Shown here: positions 1 through 10,687 of the stretch, piece by piece | Layout of the letters: each line of letters opens with the position of its first letter | How positions within the stretch are numbered: position 1 is the first letter of the stretch | Origin: an uncultured Acidobacteriota bacterium | GTDB taxonomy: Bacteria; Acidobacteriota; Vicinamibacteria; Vicinamibacterales; CAVVIG01 | NCBI GenBank assembly: GCA_963807925.1 | Contig: CAWEDP010000003.1 | Coordinates: 192,049 to 256,048 of the forward strand | Direction: 5' to 3' | DNA: 64,000 nt | Position numbers and translations under genes: made by a program | The notes under the pieces: generated by a model | What the model saw: the letters and a program-made list of their open reading frames with translations, nothing else | Told to the model about the DNA's origin: nothing | Databases searched by the model: none

Positions 1-329
1 GCCTGACCGATGTCGAGCAGCGGCTGCAGTCGAGCGATGCGACGCTCTACATGATCGGTCAGGGGCGAGGCGTGACGCTCGAGCCGCTGAAGCGGTTGAT
101 GGACCGCCTGTCGAAACCGACGGGCGGCCGCGCGCTGTTCACCGAGAGCATCGACGAGCTGCACGACGCGTTCAACAACCTGCTGGACGAACTGTCGCAG
201 CAGTATCTGCTCGGGTACCCCCCGGCTCGCGCGGCTCACGACGACACGTTTCGCCGCATCAGCGTGATGGTGGACGGCGGTCATCAGGTGCGCGCGCGCC
301 AGGGCTATCGGCCGACGGCCAGCAAATGA
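1..329 (+). CDS. VWA-domain protein (VWFA-related acidobacterial family), C-terminal fragment; the gene starts upstream of the window
   Basis: The reading frame is open from the window edge (frame of ORF 51..329). The tail ..ELSQQYLLGYPPARAAHDDTFRRISVMVDGGHQVRARQGYRP has the same C-terminal signature as the paralog at 39061..40135 (..SRQ/YYLGYPSSGKKDGRWHSIRVELKKGGYRVRARRGY). Its stop overlaps the next start (ATGA at 326-329). Confidence 0.6.
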   Translation, partial: LTDVEQRLQSSDATLYMIGQGRGVTLEPLKRLMDRLSKPTGGRALFTESIDELHDAFNNLLDELSQQYLLGYPPARAAHDDTFRRISVMVDGGHQVRARQGYRPTASK

Positions 330-3093
330 GCAATCGCCTTCGACGGGAACGCGGGCGAGATCGCGGACCGGCGGGGCGCCTGGACGCGCGGCGTCGGCGC
401 CGCTGGTCGATCGGTCTCTGCGTCCTCGGCCTGCCGGGCGTCCTCCTGGTCCGGGCGTCCGCTCAGCAGCCGGCGGGGGGGCAACCGCGCTTCAAGTCGT
501 CGGTCGAACTCACCTCCATCGACGTGGGGGTTGTCGACGGTCAGGGACAGCCGCTGCTGGACCTGCAGCCCGCCGACTTCGTGGTCCGCGTGGACAACAA
601 GCCGCGGCGCGTGGTGAGCGCCGAATGGGTGCCGCTCGCCGCGCCCTCGGCCGGCGCGAAGGCGCCGGCGCGCATCCCCGAGGGTTACAGCTCGAACGAG
701 AACAGCACGGGCGGGCGCCTGGTCGCCATCGCGGTCGACGAGCCCCACATCCGGCCCGGCGGCGCCGCGGCGGTGCTCGCGGCGGCGAGCGCGTTCATCG
801 ATCGCCTGTCGCCCGACGACCGCGTCGCCGCGGTGAGCCTCGGCATCGGCGGACCGGCCACGCCGTTCATCGCCGATCGCCAGCGCGTGAAGGAGGCCAT
901 CGGCCGGATGGCCGGCCAGCGGTCGTCACTCAAGCTCACGACGGTAACCGTAACCGCGTCCGAAGCGCTCGACATCGCAGAAGGCAACCGCCTGACCGCC
1001 GACCTCGTCGTGGCGCGCGAGTGCGCCGGCCTGCGCCCGACGACGGCACAGGTACGCGGCGTGCCGTCAGGAGGTGGAGAACGAGGCCACGACGCTGGCG
1101 CTGCAGCTCCGACAATCGAGCGACGTCACCGTGCGGGCGCTGCGCGACGTGCTCGACGCGATGCGGGTGGTGGACGGACCGAAGACGCTGATTCTGATGT
1201 CCGAGGGCTTCGCCGTCCGCGACCCCGCCATCGCCAACGAGCTGGGCGCGATGGCGGCGGCGACGCGAACGAGCATTTACGCCCTGAAGCTCGACAACCA
1301 GCTGTTCGAGATCACCAACAGCCGGGCGCCGGTCGTCGAACCTGCGATTGCGGCCGGACGCTACGACGGCCTCGAGTTCCTGACGGGCGCTGCGCGCGGC
1401 ACGCTGTTTGTTGTCAACGGCACCGGCAGCCAGCTGTTCTCCCGCATCGAGGCGGAGCTCTCGGGCTACTACCTGCTCGGCGTCGAATCCGATCCTTCCG
1501 ATCGCGACAACAAACCGCACGCCATCCGGATCGACGTGGCGCGGCGGGGCGCGACCGTGCGGACGCGTCGTCAGCTGCTCAACGTCCCGTCCGACGTCAA
1601 CCGGCCGCGTACTCTCCGCGATGCCGTGAACGCCAGCCTGACGGCGCCGCTGCTCATGACGGGCCTGCCGATTCGGATCACGTCATTCGCCTTGCGCGGC
1701 CCCGAGGCGGGCAAGGTGCAGCTGCTGATTCGCGCCGAGGTCGGCAACGACTTCGTCGGCCCGCGGCCCGCCATGGTCGGCTACGTCATTCAGGAGTTGT
1801 CAGGACGCGTCGTCGAGAGCCGCACCGTTGGCCAGGTGCTGAATCCCGTCATGAACGGCGTGCCCGGCGCGCTGCAGTACGCCGGCGGCGCGAGCGTCGA
1901 CCCCGGCGAGTACACGATCAAGCTGGCGATCGCCGAAGGGGATCGCATCGGCAGCGTCGAGCACCCGATTCACGCGCAGTTGAACGACGCGGGGCCGGTG
2001 TCGCTCAGCGAGCTCATGGTCGGCGGGCCTGTGGACGCCACCGACTCGTTGCGGCCGACCGTCGGGTACGCGATCAACTTCGGCACCCTCCACGGATACC
2101 TCGAGGCGTACGGCCAGCGCCTCGATCAGGTCGCGGCGACCTACGAGGTCGCGGCCAGCCCCGATGGGCCTCCGCTCCTGACCAGCGAGGTGAGCCCCCG
2201 CCCGGCGGGAGCCGGCCGCACGCTGTTCTCGCAGATGATGCCGGTGACCAAGCTCCCGCCCGGCGAATACGTGCTGCGCGCCAGAGTCACGCGCAACGGC
2301 CAGCCGCTCACGACCTTGACCCGGCGGTTCGAGATCGCGCCGCCGCCGGTCCTGATGACATCGGCCGGCATCGGCGCCTCACCGGCGACGACGGATCTGT
2401 TCCTGCCGGTGGACGAACACATGGCGCCGGCGCCCTTCGCCCGCGATCGGGCGCTGGCTGCCGAGACGCTGGACCCGTTTCTCAAGCGAGTGCCGTCCGT
2501 CACGAAGGCGGCGTTCGAACAAGGGCTCGCGGAGCTGCGCAAGGCGAATTATGCGGGCGCGGTGGCGCAGTTCAAGAGCGCCGTTCGTCCCGACCAGGAC
2601 AGCACGGCCGCGCTCAGTTACCTCGGGGCTACCTTCGCGGCGGCCGGCCAGGGCGCGGAAGCCACCGGCGTCTGGCAAACGGCGCTTGTCGACGGCGCCG
2701 ACCTGCCGCAGATCTTCGAATGGCTCGCGGACGCCTACCTGCGGCAGAAGGACTTCACGGCGGCCCGCTCGATTCTGGAAGAAGCGGCCGGACGATGGCC
2801 GGGCGACGCGCGGTTCGCCAGGGGGCTCGCGTTCTCCTATGCGACGCTCGGCAGGGGCCGCGAAGCGGTGCGCGCGCTCGGGCAGGTACCTCACCGGCCA
2901 TGCCGATCCGGATCTGCTGTATCTCGCCATCGAGTGGATCTTCCAGATTCACAGCAATCGCGCGGTCATCGTCAGCCCGTCTGCCGACCTGGCGCTGGCG
3001 CAGAACTACGCCGGACAGTACGCGAAGGCCCGCGGGCCGAACCAGCCGCTGGTCCAGCAGTGGCTCGATTTTCTCGAGAACGAAAAGCGCTGA
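326..3093 (+). pseudogene. Large secreted VWA-domain protein with a C-terminal TPR-like region, interrupted by two +1 frame breaks (near 1052 and 2886)
   Basis: The N-terminus is signal-like (WSIGLCVLGLPGVLLVRASAQQ). The VWA core is split between ORF 326 (..GGRLVAIAVDEPHIRPGG..DRVAAVSLGIGG..) and ORF 1074 (..PKTLILMSEGFAVRD..TSIYALKLD..GYYLLGVESDPSDRDNKPHAIRIDVARRGATVRTRR). A TPR-like tail (..AALSYLGATFAAAGQGAEA..WLADAYLRQKDFTAARSILEEA..) continues in ORF 2551 (..YLTGHADPDLLYLAIEWIFQIH..ENEKR*). After each break the original frame becomes Arg/Ser-rich nonsense. Confidence 0.75.
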
Positions 3094-3114
3094 GCCGGCG
3101 ATCCCGACCGGCTC
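3092..3114. terminator. Hairpin spanning both stop codons of a convergent gene pair (possible bidirectional intrinsic terminator, no U-tract)
   Basis: GAGCCGG (3092-3098), a 9-nt loop, then CCGGCTC (3108-3114). It includes the TGA of the + gene (3091-3093) and the stop of the - gene (3113-3115). Confidence 0.35.
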
Positions 3115-4636
3115 AGCGGTCCGATTTGGAGGTTTTCCGGCGGCCGACGGTCTTCCGCGTGCCGCTCCTCGCGCTGGCGGTTCGGTGCGGCGCGACCGCC
3201 GCGCGCGGCGCACGCTTCCGCCGCGAGCTGGTGCCGAGCAGCTCCGCCGTCGGATCCACGGTCGGCATCGGCTCCACGTCGATGACGTCGCTTTCGACCG
3301 CATCCACCGCCTCGCCCAAATCGAACGCCTTGCCGGGGTCCACCTCCACCGGCTCGGCCGCGACCGCCACTACCGGCTGGTCGGCCGTCGCTTCCACCGG
3401 TTCCTGCGGTGCGTCCGCTTCGGCGGCGACGTCGCGCGGGACGAACGCGCGCGTCTGGAGGCCGGCGCCGGGGAACACCCGCAAGCCGCCGCGTCGGTCG
3501 CGTTCGAGACGGACGAGGCCCTCGCGCTGACACGCCCGCACCAGGTCGACGAGCCCTCCGAATCCGTACTGGCGCTCGTCGAATCCGCCTTCCGACGCGC
3601 GCAGCAGCTGTTTGACGTTCCGGAGATACATCGGCCAGCGCGCGTGCGTGGCGGCGCGGAGAATGTCGCCTGCGCGCTTCACGCCGTCGGCCTGCGCGGC
3701 CGAGGGCGGTGGCGGGGGGCCGCCGGATCCCGTGCCGGCCGAACCCGCGGGCATCACCTCGACGCGGCGATGCTCGCCGGCGTCGCCGGCGCCGTCCGCC
3801 TGAGGCGCCGGAGGCGGCGCCTCGTCGCCGATCTCGTGTTCGGAGGCCGCCGGCGCTTTCGGCTCCGCGCCGTCCCCGTCCCCGGTGAGCTCCACCATCA
3901 CGCTGCGGCCGGCGTGTTTCAGCTGCAGAATGCCCGCACGCGACAGCTTCTCCACGAAATCGAGGAACGACGAAGCGCCGTAGGTGCGCTCCGAGAACGT
4001 CGAATCGAGCTGGAGGAGCGTGCTCTTGAGGAGGCCGGTCTGGGGCGAGACCTCCCGATCGGCCAGGATCTTCAGGGCGCGTCGCACCAGCGGCACCGCC
4101 TGCTCGATGGATGCCGAGGCGGGCGTCGGCATCGGCCGGCCGCTCTTGATCGCCTGCTTCCGCACGCCCGAGAGGTTCTCGTACGCGATGAACTCGTGGC
4201 AGTTGCGCTGCAGGATGACGCTCGTGAACGCGCGGCCGCCGACGACGAACACCTTCTTGTCGTACTGTTTCAGCTTCTCGACGAGCGACAGGAAGTCGCT
4301 GTCGCCGCCGACGATGACGTACGCATTGATGTGCTGATGGGTGAACACCATCTCCAGCGCATCGAGCGCCAGGTTGATGTCGGCGCCGTTCTTGTCGCCG
4401 CCCGGCGTGAGGTTGCGCTGCACCAGCCGGATCGCGTGCTGCGTGAGCGACCGGCTGTATTCCCCGGCGCGCGTCCAGTCGGCGTACGCGATCTTGGTGA
4501 CCACCTCGCCGCGCTCCTTGATGGCTTCGAGAATGGTGCCCACGTCGAACTGCTGGCCGAGCGTGGTCTTGACGCCGATTTCGATGTTGTCGAAGTCGAT
4601 GAAAACGGCGATGTTCAGACGATCCTGTTGGGACAA
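3113..4636 (-). CDS. NYN (LabA-like) domain protein with two OST-HTH/LOTUS-like modules and an Arg/Lys-rich tail
   Basis: The N-terminus NIAVFIDFDNIEIG..KIAYADW..GADINLALDALEMVFTHQHINAYVIVGGDSDFLSLVEKLKQYDKKVFVVG is a typical NYN/LabA fold signature. Two later segments (..YGASSFLDFVEKLSRAGILQLKH.. and ..YGFGGLVDLVRACQREGLVRLERD..) look like OST-HTH modules separated by a Pro/Ala/Gly-rich linker. Confidence 0.8.
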   Translation of the reverse strand: MSQQDRLNIAVFIDFDNIEIGVKTTLGQQFDVGTILEAIKERGEVVTKIAYADWTRAGEYSRSLTQHAIRLVQRNLTPGGDKNGADINLALDALEMVFTHQHINAYVIVGGDSDFLSLVEKLKQYDKKVFVVGGRAFTSVILQRNCHEFIAYENLSGVRKQAIKSGRPMPTPASASIEQAVPLVRRALKILADREVSPQTGLLKSTLLQLDSTFSERTYGASSFLDFVEKLSRAGILQLKHAGRSVMVELTGDGDGAEPKAPAASEHEIGDEAPPPAPQADGAGDAGEHRRVEVMPAGSAGTGSGGPPPPPSAAQADGVKRAGDILRAATHARWPMYLRNVKQLLRASEGGFDERQYGFGGLVDLVRACQREGLVRLERDRRGGLRVFPGAGLQTRAFVPRDVAAEADAPQEPVEATADQPVVAVAAEPVEVDPGKAFDLGEAVDAVESDVIDVEPMPTVDPTAELLGTSSRRKRAPRAAVAPHRTASARSGTRKTVGRRKTSKSDR

Positions 4637-4834
4637 ATCAGATCCTTGTGACCCGTTCGTTCGGGTGGAGGTTGGGCATCGCCGCAGCGGCCGACGAGTC
4701 GGCCAGACGTGCGCAGCGGCGAGCTACCGGAATTGTACTGACATTGACGCGGGCCCGCCGGTTTCAGGCCCCGGCGCTCCGCCAGCCTCGCAGAGGGCGG
4801 CGGCGGCCCCGTGCCGTCGCGCCCCCCAGCCGGC

Positions 4835-7297
<2,463 letters not shown>

Positions 7298-7342
7298 GGG
7301 TCCGATCCCTGAGACTGCCATCAGGGTACCGCGGGAGTCAAA

Positions 7343-7400
7343 CTCGGGGCTCGGAGGCTCGGGGCTCTGGGCTCGGGGGCTCGGTCGGGTCCCGAGCCCC
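7343..7400. repeat. Short G-rich tandem motif (TCGGRGC-like units) ending in a 9-bp-stem hairpin, in the glnN-parC intergenic spacer
   Basis: ctcggggc tcggaggc tcggggc tctgggc tcgggggc tcgg. The hairpin is GGGGCTCGG (7376-7384) / CCGAGCCCC (7392-7400). The G-tracts at 7361-7389 satisfy a G3+N1-7 quadruplex pattern on the + strand. The element lies 17 nt downstream of the glnN stop on the - strand, so it may act as its terminator. Confidence 0.5.
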
Positions 7401-7416
7401 GAAATCCAGGTCGCGA

Positions 7417-9603
7417 TTACTTGATGAAGAGCATCTCGCGGTAGGTGGCGAGCGGCCACAGCTCGTGGGGGATGATCGTTTCGAGCTGATCGCCGGTGTC
7501 GCGCACGGCCGTCATGGCCGGAATCACGGCGTCACGGAAGTGCTTGGCGTGCCTCACGACCGAGCCGTTTCCCTCGTGCCCGAGCGCCTTCTGGAGCTTG
7601 TCGGTGCGGCGCTTGAACTCGTCGGTCAGCTTGATGAGGGTGGCGAGCAGCTTGCGGCCCTCGGTCGACGTGGCGCCCGCCTGCTTGACGGCCGCCACGC
7701 TCTGCGCGACCTGCTTCTGGTACTCGAGCGCCGCCGGCAGGATGTACCGATTGGCCATCAGCACCATCAACTGGCCTTCGACGTTCACGGTCTTGTTGTA
7801 CTGCTCGACCATGACCTCGTACCGCGCGTGCAGCTCGCGCTCGTTGAGCACCTTGTACTTCTCGAAGATGCCGACGACCTCTGGCGTGGTGAGCTGCGGG
7901 AGGGCGTCGACGGTGTTCTTCAGGTTCAGCAGGCCGCGCCTGCCGGCCTCCTTTTCCCACTCCTTCGAGTAGTTGTTGCCGTTGAAGATGATTCGCCTGT
8001 TCTCCTTGATGACCCGTGGCAGCAGCTCGCCGACGGCCTTCTCGAGCTTCTCGATCGACTTGCTGCCTTTGGTCGCCTTCTCGAGCTCGGTGGCCATGTA
8101 GTCGAGCGATTCGGCGACGGCGAGGTTGAGCGCGATGTTCGGATACGCGATGCTCTGGCCCGACGACACCGCACGGAACTCGAACTTGTTGCCGGTGAAC
8201 GCGAACGGGCTCGTGCGGTTGCGGTCGCCCGCGTCGCGCGGCAGCTTGGGCAGCACGATGACGCCGGTGTCGAGCGTGCCGCCGTGCTTGGTCGACCTGG
8301 CGCCGCCTTTCTCGATCTGCTCGAAGATGTCGGTGAGCATGTCGCCGAGGAACACCGACAGGATCGCCGGCGGCGCCTCGTTCGCGCCCAGCCGGTGATC
8401 GTTGCCCGCGCTTGCGATGCTGGCGCGCAGGAGGCCCTGCCACTTGTTGACGGCGCGAAGCACCGCGGTGCAGAACACGAGGAACTGCAGGTTCTCGTGC
8501 GGGTTCGCTCCCGGGCTGAGCAGGTTGTGACCTTCGTTGTCGCCGAGCGACCAGTTGAGGTGCTTGCCCGATCCGTTCACGCCGGCGAACGGCTTTTCGT
8601 GGAGCAGGCACGCCAGGCCGAACTTCGCCGCGCTGCGTCGCATCGTCTCCATCGTCATCATCTGATGATCGGTGGCGAGGTTGGCGTTCTCGAACACCGG
8701 CGCGATCTGGTACTGGCTCGGCGCGACCTCGTTGTGGCGCGTCTTCACCGGCACGCCGAGCTTGTAGAGCTCGGTCTCCACGTCCGACATGAACGCCATC
8801 GCGCGATCGGCGATGGCGCCGAAGTACTGGTCCTCGAGCTCCTGCCCCTTCGGGGGCTTGGCGCCGAACAGCGTGCGCCCCGCGTTGATCAGGTCGGGCC
8901 GGGACAGATAGAAGTAGCGATCGATCAGGAAGTACTCCTGCTCGGGCCCGCAGGTGGCGACGACGCGCTCGGCGTCCGATCCGAACAGCTTCAGCACGCG
9001 GATCGCCTGCTTCGAAACCGCCTCCATCGAGCGGAGGAGCGGCGTCTTCTTGTCCAGCGTCTCGCCGGTCCAACTGACGAACGCGGTGGGGATGACCAGT
9101 GTCACCGAGCCGCCGCTGTGCAGCAGCCACGGCGGGCTGGTGGGATCCCAGGCGGTGTAGCCGCGGGCCTCGAAGGTCGATCGCATGCCGCCCGAGGGGA
9201 AGCTCGAGGCATCGGGCTCTCCCTTGATCAGTTCCTTGCCCGAGAACTCGACAACGGCCTTGCCGTCGCCGGTCGGGGAGAGAAACGAATCGTGCTTCTC
9301 GGCCGTGATGCCCGTCAGCGGCTGGAACCAGTGTGTGTAGTGGCTCGCGCGGTGTTCGACGGCCCAGTCCTTCATCGCGGTCGCGATGGCATCGGCCACC
9401 GAGAGGTCGAGCGACTCGCCGTGCGTGATGGTGCGGCGCAGGGCGCGGTAGACGGCGGCCGGGAGCCGCTGCTGCTGCACCTGATCGTTGAAGACGAGGC
9501 TGCCGAACATCTCGAACGCGTGCGGCCCGGGCGACTCCTTCCCGTCGCTGATGGACCAGTCGCGAATGGCGTGGATCGCCTCCCCCAGGACTGCGGAACC
9601 CAT
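7417..9603 (-). CDS. glnN: Glutamine synthetase type III
   Basis: About 729 aa from ATG 9603, preceded by AAGGGGGA. The N-terminal ..[70 protein letters not shown].. is the hallmark GSIII N-domain. The GS catalytic core is ..[22 protein letters not shown].. Confidence 0.9.
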   Translation of the reverse strand: MGSAVLGEAIHAIRDWSISDGKESPGPHAFEMFGSLVFNDQVQQQRLPAAVYRALRRTITHGESLDLSVADAIATAMKDWAVEHRASHYTHWFQPLTGITAEKHDSFLSPTGDGKAVVEFSGKELIKGEPDASSFPSGGMRSTFEARGYTAWDPTSPPWLLHSGGSVTLVIPTAFVSWTGETLDKKTPLLRSMEAVSKQAIRVLKLFGSDAERVVATCGPEQEYFLIDRYFYLSRPDLINAGRTLFGAKPPKGQELEDQYFGAIADRAMAFMSDVETELYKLGVPVKTRHNEVAPSQYQIAPVFENANLATDHQMMTMETMRRSAAKFGLACLLHEKPFAGVNGSGKHLNWSLGDNEGHNLLSPGANPHENLQFLVFCTAVLRAVNKWQGLLRASIASAGNDHRLGANEAPPAILSVFLGDMLTDIFEQIEKGGARSTKHGGTLDTGVIVLPKLPRDAGDRNRTSPFAFTGNKFEFRAVSSGQSIAYPNIALNLAVAESLDYMATELEKATKGSKSIEKLEKAVGELLPRVIKENRRIIFNGNNYSKEWEKEAGRRGLLNLKNTVDALPQLTTPEVVGIFEKYKVLNERELHARYEVMVEQYNKTVNVEGQLMVLMANRYILPAALEYQKQVAQSVAAVKQAGATSTEGRKLLATLIKLTDEFKRRTDKLQKALGHEGNGSVVRHAKHFRDAVIPAMTAVRDTGDQLETIIPHELWPLATYREMLFIK

Positions 9604-9828
9604 TCTGTCCCCCTTCTTGTGTGGTCGTTCGGCCGGGCTGATCGCAAACCCCGGCGACTCTGGCGAGGAAGCACCGGAAGAGCGGATGATATCGCGGCCC
9701 GAGAAGGATGCCATTATGGTGCAACCGTGCAAAACGCGCAAGAACCCTCGGACGTCGTCGTTGAAATCTGACCGATTCATGCGGGTCGGCCGTCGATTCG
9801 TGCAGGACTGGCACAAATCCGTCGTCAG

Positions 9829-10455
9829 TCAGGCCTCGGGGCTCCGGCCGAGGAGCGCGAGGAACTCCGCGAGGACCATGGCGGTGGCGCCCCAGATCGT
9901 GACGTCCGCCACGTCAAACATCGGTGCGACGATGTCGCGGCCGTCGCGGGCGATGGTGAGGAAGGACCGCCGCGCGGGATCGCACAGCTCGGCGACGCCG
10001 ACTTCGACGATCCGCGCCACTTCCCCGTCGGCCGGTGCGAAGCGCGGGCGCTGCAGGGCGGCGGCCACCACCGGGTGCAGACGAAAGCCGCTGACCGGAA
10101 TGTCGAGCGGCGTCAGGCGGCCGAGGACGCGCACCGGCTCATTGAGCGCGACTTCCTCACGCGCCTCGCGCAGTGCGGCCTCCTCGTAGGTTTCACCCGG
10201 TTCGGCGACGCCGCCCGGCAGCGACACCTGTCCCGGGTGCCGAAGCGTGTTTGCGCGGACGGTGAGGATCAGGTGCGCGCGGTTGTCGACCGGGTAGACC
10301 AGCAGCAGCGCGGCCGCGTGACGGATGCGTGCCGGATTGAAGTCGGTCGGCCACCCGCGGCGGGGCCGCGGCGCCATCAGGGCCTGCGCGTCGGTGCCCG
10401 GAAGCGGGTCGGCGAGCGCCGTCTGCAGCCGATCGAGCAGCGCCTGGAAGGTCAA
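9829..10455 (-). CDS. Nudix hydrolase, CoA pyrophosphatase-like (NudL/PCD1 type)
   Basis: Nudix box GQVSLPGGVAEPGETYEEAALREAREEVAL, preceded by LILTVRANTLRHPGQ, the CoA-pyrophosphatase-type upstream motif. Confidence 0.8.
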   Translation of the reverse strand: MTFQALLDRLQTALADPLPGTDAQALMAPRPRRGWPTDFNPARIRHAAALLLVYPVDNRAHLILTVRANTLRHPGQVSLPGGVAEPGETYEEAALREAREEVALNEPVRVLGRLTPLDIPVSGFRLHPVVAAALQRPRFAPADGEVARIVEVGVAELCDPARRSFLTIARDGRDIVAPMFDVADVTIWGATAMVLAEFLALLGRSPEA

Positions 10456-10687
10456 GGCGTAGCGCGCCGGTCGTTACATCGTCTTGTCACACGCACGGCG
10501 CGCCCGACGCGGGCGGCGATCCGCAAATTTGGAGTAGGATGCCGTAGCAACCGCTTTCCCGTCTTGACTCGGGGCGAAAACCGGGGCACGTTCAATAGAA
10601 TGACATCACGCTCGCTGCATCGCCAGTCACCGTCTGGCGCTCTGTCGCGAGGGGTCCGGCCGTTTGTCCGACACACCGCAGAACACC

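Noticed and set aside
326-4651. A 1441-aa ORF in the track, apparently the longest gene in the window
   Set aside because: Only its first ~240 codons are protein-like (VWA N-terminus). The rest is Arg/Ala/Gly-rich nonsense that runs antisense to, or out of frame with, the real VWA/TPR and NYN genes. It is a typical stop-poor shadow ORF of a very GC-rich sequence.
7298-7459. N-terminal extension of parC to the ORF-track start at 7459
   Set aside because: It would overlap the 3' end of glnN (stop at 7417) and translate the G-rich repeat/hairpin spacer as low-complexity SPEPPSPE. Conserved ParC sequence starts well downstream, so ATG 7297 (or 7321) is preferred.
9690-9720. Possible NtrC/sigma-54 signals in the 226-nt glnN leader (minus strand: TTGCACGGTTGCACCATAATGGCATCCTTCTCGGG)
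   Set aside because: TGCACC-N4-TGGCA resembles only one and a half NtrC half-sites. TGGCAT-N5-TCGG has a poor -12 element (no TTGC). This is not enough to call a -24/-12 promoter without comparative data.
9809-9814. A perfect TGGCAC hexamer near the glnN upstream region
   Set aside because: It is on the + strand, pointing away from glnN into the 3' end of the Nudix gene. No TTGC lies at the correct spacing.
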